Under the pieces are notes generated by a model. That model saw nothing but the letters and a program-made list of their open reading frames with translations. It was not told the origin of the DNA and searched no databases. Source: an uncultured Verrucomicrobia subdivision 3 bacterium (lineage in GTDB: Bacteria; Verrucomicrobiota; Verrucomicrobiia; Limisphaerales; UBA11358). Taken from it: DNA of 24,000 nucleotides. A program made the translations under genes and the position numbers. Shown here piece after piece: positions 8,485 through 15,293 of this stretch (positions are counted from its first letter, which is position 1; each line of letters begins with the position of its first letter). Where the stretch lies: positions 239,883-263,882 of the forward strand of contig CAIXUZ010000060.1 of NCBI GenBank assembly GCA_903922735.1, read 5' to 3'.

Positions 8485-10149
8485 ATGCAAAAAGATCCGT
8501 CGAAAAAATACCAGCCGTTTCAACACGCGCCGAAATTAACCGACCGCCAGTGGCCGGGCCGCACGCTCACCCACGCGCCGCGCTGGGCGAGCGTGGATTT
8601 GCGCGATGGCAACCAGGCGCTGGCCGTGCCGATGAACGTGTCGCAGAAACTGGAATTATTCCAGACGCTCGTGAAGATCGGCTTCAAGGAAATCGAAGTT
8701 GGTTTTCCGTCCGCGTCGAACACCGAATTCGCCTTCAACCGTTTACTCATCGAAAAAGGCCATGCGCCGGACGACGTGTGGTTGCAGGTGCTGGTGCAGG
8801 CGCGCGAAGATTTAATTGAGCGCACCATCGAATCGCTCGTCGGCGCGAAAAAGGTCATCATCCACATGTATAACTCGACGTCGCCGGCGCAGCGCCGCGT
8901 GGTGTTCGGCAAGTCGAAGGACGAGATCAAGGCCATCGCCGTGAATGGCGCGCAGATGATCAAGGACCGTTTACACCGGCTCACGGAAAATGGAACCGAA
9001 GTGATGTTGCAATATTCGCCGGAAAGTTTCTCGGCGACGGAACTGGAATACGCGAAGGAAGTTTCTGAAGCCGTCATGGATGTCTGGCAGCCGACACCGC
9101 AGCACAAGATGATTTTGAATCTGCCGGACACCGTCGAGGTGGCCATGCCGAACGTATATGCCGACCAGATCGAATGGATCTGCCGCAACATCAAGCAGCG
9201 CGACTCACTCATCATCAGCCTGCACGCTCACAATGACCGCAGCACCGGCGTGGCCGCAACGGAGCTTGGTTTGCTCGCCGGCGCGGATCGCGTCGAAGGC
9301 ACTTTGTTCGGCAACGGCGAACGCACCGGCAATCTGGACATCGTGACCGTGGCATTGAATCTTTACATGCACGGCATCAACCCGAAGCTGGATTTCTCGA
9401 ATCTCCATCCCATCATTGACGTTTACGAGCGTTGCACCGGGATGTCGGTGCCGCCCCGCCAGCCTTATGCAGGCGAACTGGTTTTCACCGCGTTCAGTGG
9501 GTCACATCAGGACGCGATCAAAAAAGGTTTAGCCGAACGGGAGCAGAACGGCGGCCAAGCCCACTGGGATGTGCCGTATCTCACGATTGATCCGGCAGAC
9601 ATCGGCCGCGAATACCGCGAGGTCATCCGCGTCAATTCGCAATCCGGCAAGGGCGGCGTCGCTTACTTGCTGGAAAGTGAATTCGGCATCGAGCTGCCGA
9701 AGGATATGCAGCGCGAGTTCGGCCCCATTGCCAACGACGCCGTGGACCAGCTTGGACGTGAAGTCAGCGGCACGGAACTCAAGGCGATGTTCTGGAAGGA
9801 ATATGTCGAGCGCAGTTCGCCGTGGCAATTGTCCGGTTTTGAAACGGAAAGTAAAAATGGCGTGGTTAAATGCCGCGCAAAATTCCTGCGCTACGGCCAG
9901 CCAGTCGTTTTCTGCGGCGAGGGTAACGGCCCGCTGGCGGCGCTCGTCCATGGTTTGGGAACCGTCGGCGCTCGTTTTGAAATCTCCAATTACAGCGAAC
10001 ACGCCTTAAGTTCCGGGGAAGGTGCGGCGGCGATTTCCTACATCCAGGTCAAATCCGCCGACGGCAAAACCCGCTGGGGCGCGGGCGTGGACACGAATAT
10101 CGAGCTTGCCTCGGTGCGCGCGGTATTGAGCGCGCTAAACCGGTTGTGA
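8485..10149 (+). CDS. leuA: 2-isopropylmalate synthase (long form with C-terminal regulatory domain)
   Basis: Motifs RWASVDLRDGNQAL and LHAHNDRSTGVA...GTLFGNGERTGN are characteristic of alpha-IPM synthase. The 554-aa length fits the long LeuA type. Confidence 0.9.
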   Translation: MQKDPSKKYQPFQHAPKLTDRQWPGRTLTHAPRWASVDLRDGNQALAVPMNVSQKLELFQTLVKIGFKEIEVGFPSASNTEFAFNRLLIEKGHAPDDVWLQVLVQAREDLIERTIESLVGAKKVIIHMYNSTSPAQRRVVFGKSKDEIKAIAVNGAQMIKDRLHRLTENGTEVMLQYSPESFSATELEYAKEVSEAVMDVWQPTPQHKMILNLPDTVEVAMPNVYADQIEWICRNIKQRDSLIISLHAHNDRSTGVAATELGLLAGADRVEGTLFGNGERTGNLDIVTVALNLYMHGINPKLDFSNLHPIIDVYERCTGMSVPPRQPYAGELVFTAFSGSHQDAIKKGLAEREQNGGQAHWDVPYLTIDPADIGREYREVIRVNSQSGKGGVAYLLESEFGIELPKDMQREFGPIANDAVDQLGREVSGTELKAMFWKEYVERSSPWQLSGFETESKNGVVKCRAKFLRYGQPVVFCGEGNGPLAALVHGLGTVGARFEISNYSEHALSSGEGAAAISYIQVKSADGKTRWGAGVDTNIELASVRAVLSALNRL

Positions 10150-10985
10150 AAATGATGATCTCCATGAAGCTGAATATCGCTCTTTTTGCCGCTGTCACAT
10201 TTTTGTGTTTCACCGCCGCCGCCCAGCCCAGTAATAGCATGGCAACGGCGCCGGATTACTCTCACGCCAACGAACCGTTGCCGGACGGCGTGATAAACTG
10301 GGACGCGCTCCTGAAGACCGTGGATATATCGAACGATCAGCAAGTGGCGCAATTCACCTTTCTTTTCACCAATGTCTCTCCCAGCGCGATCACGGTGCTT
10401 ACGGTGCATCCCTCGTGCGGTTGCACCACCGCCGAACTGCCGCCAGTGCCGTGGTTGATCCCCGCTGGGACCAACGGCCAAATCAAACTAACCGTCAATC
10501 TTCAGGGCAAGGCTGGCACCCTTTTCAAATCCGTCAACGTCGCCACGGACAAGGGCAATAAAAACCTCATGCTCCGCATCAACATCCTGCCGCCACCGCC
10601 CCTGCCGGAAATGACCGAGGCGCAGCGGGCCGCCGGCATCGCCGCCGCAAAAATTGACCGGCAGGCAGTGTTCAAAGGCGATTGCGCGAGCTGCCACCTG
10701 AAAAAAGTCGAAGGCAAATACGGCCAGCCGCTTTTTGCCGCCATCTGCGCTATCTGTCACGAGGCAAAAAACCGTGCCACGATGGTACCCGACCTGCACA
10801 ACCTCCAAGTGCCAACCAGCGAAGAATTCTGGCGCGCCTGGATCACCGTCGGCAAGGAAGGTTCGCTCATGCCGGCCTTCGCCACCTCGCAGGGCGGCCC
10901 GCTGAACGACTTGCAAATCGCCTCGCTCGCCGCCTATCTCAACGCAACTTGCCCATCCAAGGTCCCGTCGGCGGCGACCAAGTGA
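10146..10985 (+). CDS. Secreted DUF1573-like domain protein fused to a region with two CXXCH haem-binding motifs
   Basis: The signal-like N-terminus is MKLNIALFAAVTFLCFTAAAQ. The true start may be ATG 10152 or 10164 rather than GTG 10146. HPSCGCTTAEL resembles the DUF1573 'SCGCT' motif. CASCH lies at 10683-10697 and CAICH at 10746-10760. Confidence 0.7.
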   Translation: MKMMISMKLNIALFAAVTFLCFTAAAQPSNSMATAPDYSHANEPLPDGVINWDALLKTVDISNDQQVAQFTFLFTNVSPSAITVLTVHPSCGCTTAELPPVPWLIPAGTNGQIKLTVNLQGKAGTLFKSVNVATDKGNKNLMLRINILPPPPLPEMTEAQRAAGIAAAKIDRQAVFKGDCASCHLKKVEGKYGQPLFAAICAICHEAKNRATMVPDLHNLQVPTSEEFWRAWITVGKEGSLMPAFATSQGGPLNDLQIASLAAYLNATCPSKVPSAATK

Positions 10986-10999
10986 AGGCCGTATTTCGC

Positions 11000-11065
11000 G
11001 CGAAGACAGCGAAGGTGGCGAAGGAAAAACATATTCCATTTGGCTATTCTTCGCATCCTTCGCTG
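11000..11065. repeat. GCGAAG hexamer array forming an imperfect inverted repeat upstream of bioB
   Basis: GCGAAG occurs at 11000, 11009 and 11018 (9-bp spacing). Its complement CTTCGC occurs at 11049 and 11058 (9-bp spacing). The outer arms CAGCGAAGG (11007-11015) and CCTTCGCTG (11057-11065) are perfectly complementary. No T-tract follows. Confidence 0.6.
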
Positions 11066-11142
11066 CACACGCCACTCCCAGCCGACCGCTCCCAATGTGA
11101 AGGCCGCTTGCGGATTTTTCAGCGCCGGCTATCCTGTCAACT

Positions 11143-12246
11143 ATGACAGCGAAACCGGTTGACGCGAACAATCACCACAAAATCTCCGCCCTGGGTGAAA
11201 AGGTTTTAGGCGGAGGCCGTATCACCCATGATGAGGCGATGTTTCTCTTCAACCTTGAATCATCCGCCGATATTCTCGATTTGCTGGCGTGGGCCAACCG
11301 CCTCCGGGAACACTACAAGGGCAACAAGATCCATCTCTGCTCCATTGTCAATGCGAAGGCCGGCGCGTGTTCCGAAAATTGCAGCTTTTGCTCACAATCG
11401 TCGCATTACCAGACCGGCTCGCCGAAATACGGCTTTGTTGATCCCGAGCCCGTGGCTGAAGCCGCCGAGGAGGCGAATAAGAACTCCGTCACGGCCGTCG
11501 GTCTGGTGGCCGCGTGGAAAGGGTTGAACGAAGGACCCCTGCTCGATGAAATTTGCGACCGCGTCCGCGAGATGAAAGTCGCTGGCAAGACGCGCCCCGA
11601 CGTTTCGCTTGGTATCATCAAAAGCCAGCGCATCGCTGACCGCTTGAAAGAAGCTGGCGTCGAATGTTACGGCCATAACCTTGAAAGCTCGCGCCGCTTT
11701 TTCCCACAAACCTGCACCACGCACACGTTCGATGACCGGCTGGAGACCATCGGCTATCTCAAAAAGGCCGGCATCAAGATTTGTTCCGGCGGCATCATCG
11801 GCATGGGCGAAACGCGCGAAGACCGCTGCGACCTGGCGTTTGAATTGAAAGCCATCGGCGCGAATGTCGTGCCCGTAAACATCCTCAATCCCATTCCCGG
11901 CACGCCGTTCGCCCAGAACGCCCCGCTGCCGGTCATGGAAATCCTGAAAACCATCGCCTGCTTCCGTTTCATTTTGCCGCGGCAGGAAATCATGATCGCC
12001 GGCGGACGCACCGTGAACCTGCGCGATGCGCAGAGCATGATTTTCATGGCGGGCGCGAGCGCCCTGATGGTGGGTAATTATCTCACCACGCTGAACCAGC
12101 CGGTGGAAAAAGACCTGCAGATGCTCAAAGACCTCGGCCTCGATCCGAATTGGGACAGTCACGATTTCACTGATCAGGAAACAAGCGTCTGTGGTTGCGG
12201 TGAGACTAACCGCGAAGCAGAAACCGAACTGACCGCCGTGAAATGA
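11143..12246 (+). CDS. bioB: Biotin synthase (radical SAM)
   Basis: The CxxxCxxC motif (CSENCSFC) lies at 11368-11391. YGHNLESS and ICSGGIIGMGET resemble BioB-conserved blocks. The protein is 367 aa. Confidence 0.8.
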   Translation: MTAKPVDANNHHKISALGEKVLGGGRITHDEAMFLFNLESSADILDLLAWANRLREHYKGNKIHLCSIVNAKAGACSENCSFCSQSSHYQTGSPKYGFVDPEPVAEAAEEANKNSVTAVGLVAAWKGLNEGPLLDEICDRVREMKVAGKTRPDVSLGIIKSQRIADRLKEAGVECYGHNLESSRRFFPQTCTTHTFDDRLETIGYLKKAGIKICSGGIIGMGETREDRCDLAFELKAIGANVVPVNILNPIPGTPFAQNAPLPVMEILKTIACFRFILPRQEIMIAGGRTVNLRDAQSMIFMAGASALMVGNYLTTLNQPVEKDLQMLKDLGLDPNWDSHDFTDQETSVCGCGETNREAETELTAVK

Positions 12247-12989
12247 ATCGCCAGCCAGTCACCGGCATGAAATCTGCCTCCTTCACAGCCACGCTTACCT
12301 TATGCCTGTTGCTGGCAATGTCCATCCACGCGAAGGCCCAAGACGCCAAAGGCTCGCTGCGATTGGTGCTCATCGGCGACTCGACGGTTTGCGATTATCC
12401 CACCGACAAACCGCAGCGGGGTTGGGGACAATTTGTTCAGGCCTATTTCAAAGATGAGGTAAAGGTGATCAATCTGGCCAAAGGCGGACGGAGCACGAAA
12501 ACTTTTATTAAAGAAGGACTCTGGCAGAAAACGCTCAATGAAAAACCGGATGTCATCCTGATTCAATTCGGCCATAACGATTCGCACTCGCCGGACAAAC
12601 CCGAAGCGACCAGTGCCAGCACCGATTACAAAGACTATCTGCGCCGCTACATCGACGAAGCGCGCGCGGCAGGAGCGACGCCGGTTTTGATCACTCCGAT
12701 GGTGCGCCGGAATTTTGGCCCGGATGGAAAGCTTAGAGACATTTTGCAACCCTATGCCGAGGCGATGAAACAGGTGGGGGCGGAGAAAAAGGTGCCGGTG
12801 GTTGATTTACACACGTCAAGCTGGGCGCTGGTCGAACCGCTCGGATCTAAAGGCAGCGCCGACATGGCCAGTGCTCCCGGCGACGGCACGCATTTCAACG
12901 GGAAGGGCGCCAAGGCGATGGCGGAACTTGTAATGAAAGAACTCCCAGCCGCTGCGCCGGCATTGCAGAGCCATCTAAAAGGAAAATGA
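12243..12989 (+). CDS. Secreted SGNH/GDSL hydrolase, rhamnogalacturonan-acetylesterase-like
   Basis: All four SGNH blocks are present: LIGDSTV, GGRSTKTF, FGHND and DGTHFN. The signal peptide probably starts at the internal Met (MKSASFTATLTLCLLLAMSIHAKA, ATG 12267). ATG 12243 overlaps the bioB stop (ATGA). Confidence 0.8.
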   Translation: MNRQPVTGMKSASFTATLTLCLLLAMSIHAKAQDAKGSLRLVLIGDSTVCDYPTDKPQRGWGQFVQAYFKDEVKVINLAKGGRSTKTFIKEGLWQKTLNEKPDVILIQFGHNDSHSPDKPEATSASTDYKDYLRRYIDEARAAGATPVLITPMVRRNFGPDGKLRDILQPYAEAMKQVGAEKKVPVVDLHTSSWALVEPLGSKGSADMASAPGDGTHFNGKGAKAMAELVMKELPAAAPALQSHLKGK

Positions 12990-13014
12990 CGCCCTGCTCA
13001 GCCGCCATTTCAAA

Positions 13015-13049
13015 GCCGGGTTGAAACTTCAGCCCGGCGTTTTTCTTTT
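13015..13049 (+). terminator. Rho-independent terminator after the SGNH hydrolase gene
   Basis: The stem GCCGGG (13015-13020) / CCCGGC (13033-13038) is followed by GTTTTTCTTTT. Confidence 0.7.
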
Positions 13050-13175
13050 CATAAATTATATCCATGGACCACGACCTGGTGGCGCCCAGCAGGATTTGGC
13101 TCGACAACTGGCATCGCCGGAAATAGGGTCGTGCCGGTTTAGCAACCCAGCGAACCGGAAAATCGAGGTGACATC

Positions 13176-13466
13176 ATGCACGTTGTGATCCGCACATATT
13201 ACGGCAAAGGCACCAAAGCACTGTTCGACGCCGGTGAGCAGCACAAAGCCGAGCTGCAGCGCCTTATGCGCACCGTTGAGGGACTGGTCAGCTACACGCT
13301 GGTCCGCGACGGCCAAGGCGGTTATTCCGTGACCGTCTGCAAAGAAAAACGCGCCCTCCGGCAAAGCCGTAAAAAAGCCGTGGAATTCCTCAGCAAACAT
13401 GCTCCGGGGAAGAACTTGGCCGCCATGCACATCTACGAAGGCAAAGTCATCGCCCACGTCCAATAA
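13176..13466 (+). CDS. Small hypothetical protein (96 aa), possibly ferredoxin-like/ABM-type fold
   Basis: GAGGTG lies 6 nt upstream of the ATG. Third positions are G/C-rich. The fold guess rests only on the overall pattern (MHVVIRTYYGKG...GLVSYTLVRDGQGGYSVTVC) and is weak. The larger antisense ORF 13056..13550 was rejected. Confidence 0.6.
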   Translation: MHVVIRTYYGKGTKALFDAGEQHKAELQRLMRTVEGLVSYTLVRDGQGGYSVTVCKEKRALRQSRKKAVEFLSKHAPGKNLAAMHIYEGKVIAHVQ

Positions 13467-13641
13467 GCGGCGCGGAATCCGGATCGCCGGTTTTCCAAAG
13501 CACCGGCTCCCAGTGGTGGCACCACCTGCCAAGATGCTCGTTCCACCCAATTTTGACGGAAACGGCGCTAAAATGTTGATTTTAAACTGCTTCCAGCGAT
13601 TTTTGCCTTGGAAACGCCCGTTTTGAGCTTGGGAGAAAACG

Positions 13642-13851
13642 TTTTTCCCAAGGGGATTTTCTTTTTTCCCAAGGGGTAAAAGGTTTTTCCCAAGGGAAAT
13701 CTCTCTTTCCCCAAGGGGAAAACGCTTTTTCCCAACGGAAATCCCTCTTTTCCCAACGGGAAAATGTCTTTCCCCAAGGGGATTTTCTCTTTTCCCAAGA
13801 GGAAAATGGTTTTTCCCAAGGGAAATTTTATTTTCCCCAAGCCTAAAAGGT
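13642..13851. repeat. Ten tandem 21-bp repeats with core TTTYCCCAAGGGRAAA
   Basis: The CCCAA anchor recurs at 13647, 13668, 13689, 13710, 13731, 13752, 13773, 13794, 13815 and 13836, exactly 21 bp apart with no indels. Many units carry a 7-bp inverted repeat (TTTTCCC..GGGAAAA). Degenerate or inverted copies lie just upstream (13600-13641, e.g. CTTGGG at 13628-13633). Confidence 0.9.
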
Positions 13852-14129
13852 CGGGCTGAAGCCGGTCAGGCCGGATCCGGACGGTTTCCAATCATACCCG
13901 GGACAAACCTCCTCTCCCAGCGGGTTGGCCGAGGTAAAAACAGCTATCGCCAGCGCGCCTCATGGAACTGGAGGACGTTCAATACCTCATCGCCGAGGCC
14001 ATCAAAGAACTGGGGCCGGCGTAACGACGCGCCGCCTTTGCTGAACCGCTCGGCAAGGAAATCACCGGCGTAAAAAAGCGATGGACAGGAACTTACCGAC
14101 CAAATAGAGTCAAACCTTAAAAAAGGATA

Positions 14130-14163
14130 GGCCAACAAACCCGCCGTCCATTATCTGTTGGAC
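14130..14163 (+). other. Short inverted pair of integron-type core sites (GGCCAAC ... GTTGGAC); truncated attC or attI-like simple site
   Basis: GGCCAAC (14130-14136) and GTTGGAC (14157-14163, fits GTTRRRY) are separated by 20 nt. That is too short for a normal attC. GTTGGAC is the exact reverse complement of the R'' box of the next attC (14680-14686). Confidence 0.4.
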
Positions 14164-14796
14164 ATCATAGCACGCGTATGCGAATCCCGACAATTGCCAC
14201 CCTTCTGATTCTGCTCTCTTACGCATCAGTCGTTCGCGCCGACGAGCCCCTCGCGCCGCCGGCACGCTACGAAGTGCAGAACTCGTCCCACAAGTATGTT
14301 GCCACTCTCGATCCGAAGACCGGCGTGGCGGTGCGCGCCACGGGTTCTTCCAACATCCTCTGGACAGCGACGAACTGGTTTCGAGTCGCCTTTCTAGCAG
14401 ATGATGGCCATCACTTTGTTACAGGTTGCGACGGCATGAACCTCATTCCCCAAGATTACACGAAAGACCTGGTGTTGGTTACCTTCTGGCAACAGGACAA
14501 GAAGATTCGAGACCTGACCGTGGGAGAGTTGTTTCCAGACACGCGCATTTTGGAGAAGACTGTTTCGCACTATCACTGGGGCAGCATCACGGGCATCACG
14601 AATAGCACGCTGATTGTCAGCAGATGCGACGGCAAGGTGGTGCGGTTTGACGTGACCACCGGGAGGATCACGAAATGATGTCCAACAAGGCGCTGGAGCC
14701 AACAGCCGTTATGCCACTCACTTTGATGATCACCGACCACATCACATCACCGACTTCGGTCACGCCGCTTTCCACGGCTGTGGCTCAGCTTGGTCG
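14158..14796 (+). mobile_element. Putative integron gene cassette 1 (ORF + attC)
   Basis: It is bounded by G|TTGGAC (14157|14158) and G|TTAGGC (14796|14797). It contains one ORF that starts 20 nt after the left boundary and ends 1 nt before its attC. Circularising it would give R' GTTGGAC, perfectly complementary to its own R'' GTCCAAC. Confidence 0.65.
14178..14678 (+). CDS. Hypothetical secreted protein (166 aa), cassette-borne
   Basis: The signal peptide is MRIPTIATLLILLSYASVVRA|DE. I recognise no family. The ORF fills the cassette. Confidence 0.7.
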   Translation: MRIPTIATLLILLSYASVVRADEPLAPPARYEVQNSSHKYVATLDPKTGVAVRATGSSNILWTATNWFRVAFLADDGHHFVTGCDGMNLIPQDYTKDLVLVTFWQQDKKIRDLTVGELFPDTRILEKTVSHYHWGSITGITNSTLIVSRCDGKVVRFDVTTGRITK

Positions 14797-14802
14797 TTAG
14801 GC
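14680..14802 (+). mobile_element. Integron attC recombination site (123 bp)
   Basis: R'' is GTCCAAC (14680-14686, fits RYYYAAC). A 5-nt unpaired spacer follows. Left arm GCTG[G]AGCCA[A]CAGCCGT (14692-14709) pairs with ACGGCTGTGGCTCAGC (14774-14789), giving 16 bp with two single-base bulges (G14696, A14702). A variable loop spans 14710-14773, followed by a 6-nt spacer. R' is GTTAGGC (14796-14802, fits GTTRRRY). The site starts 2 nt after the ORF stop. Confidence 0.75.
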
Positions 14803-14822
14803 GCACTTGCGCTCCATCATAA

Positions 14823-15188
14823 ATGAAATCCATTCGAGAGCACGTCCGGTCAGAGTGGCTATACAAGTTGAGCGTGTATTTGTGTGCCACCGTGCCTCTT
14901 TGCTTGGGACTGATTTGGATATACACATTTGGATTTACGTCCTATCGCAGCCATTTGCGCTTTGTTGGTATCCCACTTGGCTTTGCATTCGTCGCTCTTG
15001 CAGTTAGCATGATGGCGATGCGCATATGGGCAGTTATGATTTCAGTAGTTCTTGCATTAGCTACCACCATTTTCTCATTTATGGTTGCCCTCTTAGGGCT
15101 TTGGTTTTATTGGAGTGTCGTGTTCCTCGGTGTTGCTTATGTGACCATCATTTTCGAGCGATTCCGCAACCGAGATACTTGGACATGA
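14823..15188 (+). CDS. Hypothetical small membrane protein (121 aa, ~3-4 TM helices), cassette-borne
   Basis: Hydrophobic segments include VYLCATVPLCLGLIWIY, IPLGFAFVALAVSMMAM, VMISVVLALATTIFSFMVALLGLWFYWSVVFLGVAYV. Codon usage is visibly more A/T-ending than in neighbouring genes. The ORF starts 26 nt after the G|TTAGGC boundary. Confidence 0.6.
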   Translation: MKSIREHVRSEWLYKLSVYLCATVPLCLGLIWIYTFGFTSYRSHLRFVGIPLGFAFVALAVSMMAMRIWAVMISVVLALATTIFSFMVALLGLWFYWSVVFLGVAYVTIIFERFRNRDTWT

Positions 15189-15195
15189 TAGATGC

Positions 15196-15228
15196 GCCTA
15201 ATATCAGGATAGGCTGCAAAGATTAGAC
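15196..15228 (+). other. Degenerate or terminal attC remnant (GCCTAAT ... ATTAGAC)
   Basis: GCCTAAT (15196-15202) lies 7 nt after the ORF stop. It is the exact complement of A+TTAGGC, where TTAGGC is the first 6 nt of this putative cassette. Two downstream xTTRRRY-like sites begin with A: ATTAGAC at 15222-15228 and ATTAAGC at 15293-15299. There is no convincing long stem, so this call is weak. Confidence 0.35.
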
Positions 15229-15240
15229 GAATTTCTGAAA

Positions 15241-15282
15241 ACAAAAAAGCGCGGACGGCTTTCGCCCTCCGCGCTTTTGAAT
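15241..15282. terminator. Bidirectional rho-independent terminator between convergent genes (cassette ORF and pnp)
   Basis: The stem AGCGCGGA (15248-15255) / TCCGCGCT (15268-15275) is flanked by an A-run on the left (ACAAAAAA) and a T-run on the right (TTTTGAATTT). Confidence 0.75.
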
Positions 15283-15293
15283 TTCCTGGCTGA

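Noticed and set aside
6987-8486. 499-aa ORF on the minus strand, longer than lysC
   Set aside because: It is entirely antisense to a clearly recognisable aspartate kinase. The translation is low-complexity (R/G/A/D/V-rich) with no recognisable motifs, typical of shadow ORFs in G/C-rich DNA. The same reasoning rejects 15471..17432 (antisense to pnp), 11392..12162 (antisense to bioB), 8520..9215 and 9529..10002 (antisense to leuA), 10488..11171, 2763..3284, 19959..20894 and the other short overlapping ORFs in the track.
13467-13500. Terminator-like palindrome (ATCCGGAT within GGCGCGGAATCCGGATCGCC, then GGTTTTCC) after the 96-aa ORF
   Set aside because: The stem is short, the perfect palindrome leaves no loop, and the T-run is only four bases. 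It is too weak to annotate.
13056-13550. 164-aa minus-strand ORF overlapping the 96-aa plus-strand ORF
   Set aside because: It has no RBS and a low-complexity translation. The plus-strand ORF has a well-placed GAGGTG and coding-like third-position bias.
12990-13640. Additional cassette boundaries around the 96-aa ORF (GTTTAGC at 13136, GCTAAAA at 13567)
   Set aside because: Complementarity is only 6 of 7, which is expected by chance in a region this size. Neither site fits the consensus, and no attC-like stem follows the ORF.
13642-13851. CRISPR array interpretation of the tandem repeats
   Set aside because: Units are only 21 bp with about 5-8 variable bases each. There are no 25-40 bp unique spacers, and no cas genes are in the window.
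13568-13891. 107-aa minus-strand ORF encoding (FPLGKxx) heptad repeats across the 21-bp array
   Set aside because: I do not call it a gene. It has only a TTG start, and the nearest purine-rich SD-like block is about 17 nt away. Codon usage is atypical and there is no signal or other domain. The open frame follows automatically from a 21-bp repeat lacking stop triplets. I keep it as an explicit alternative in the repeat finding because exact multiple-of-3 periodicity is also what a coding repeat would show.
13841-13930. A 90-bp attC candidate (GCCTAAA ... GTTGGCC) upstream of the putative first cassette
   Set aside because: The R'' box is imperfect and is really the last degenerate 21-bp repeat unit. 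The sequences inside the two boxes do not form the required stem (only 2 bp pair after the spacers).
13938-14138. Small ORFs inside the 233-bp segment: plus-strand MELEDVQYLIAEAIKELGPA (13962-14024), which continues in frame after a TAA to 14120, and a minus-strand 64-aa ORF (13944..14138)
   Set aside because: These are too short, or TTG-initiated, and carry no recognisable motif. The plus-strand pair might be a pseudogenised ~50-aa cassette ORF (it has G/C-rich third positions), but I cannot support that from sequence alone.
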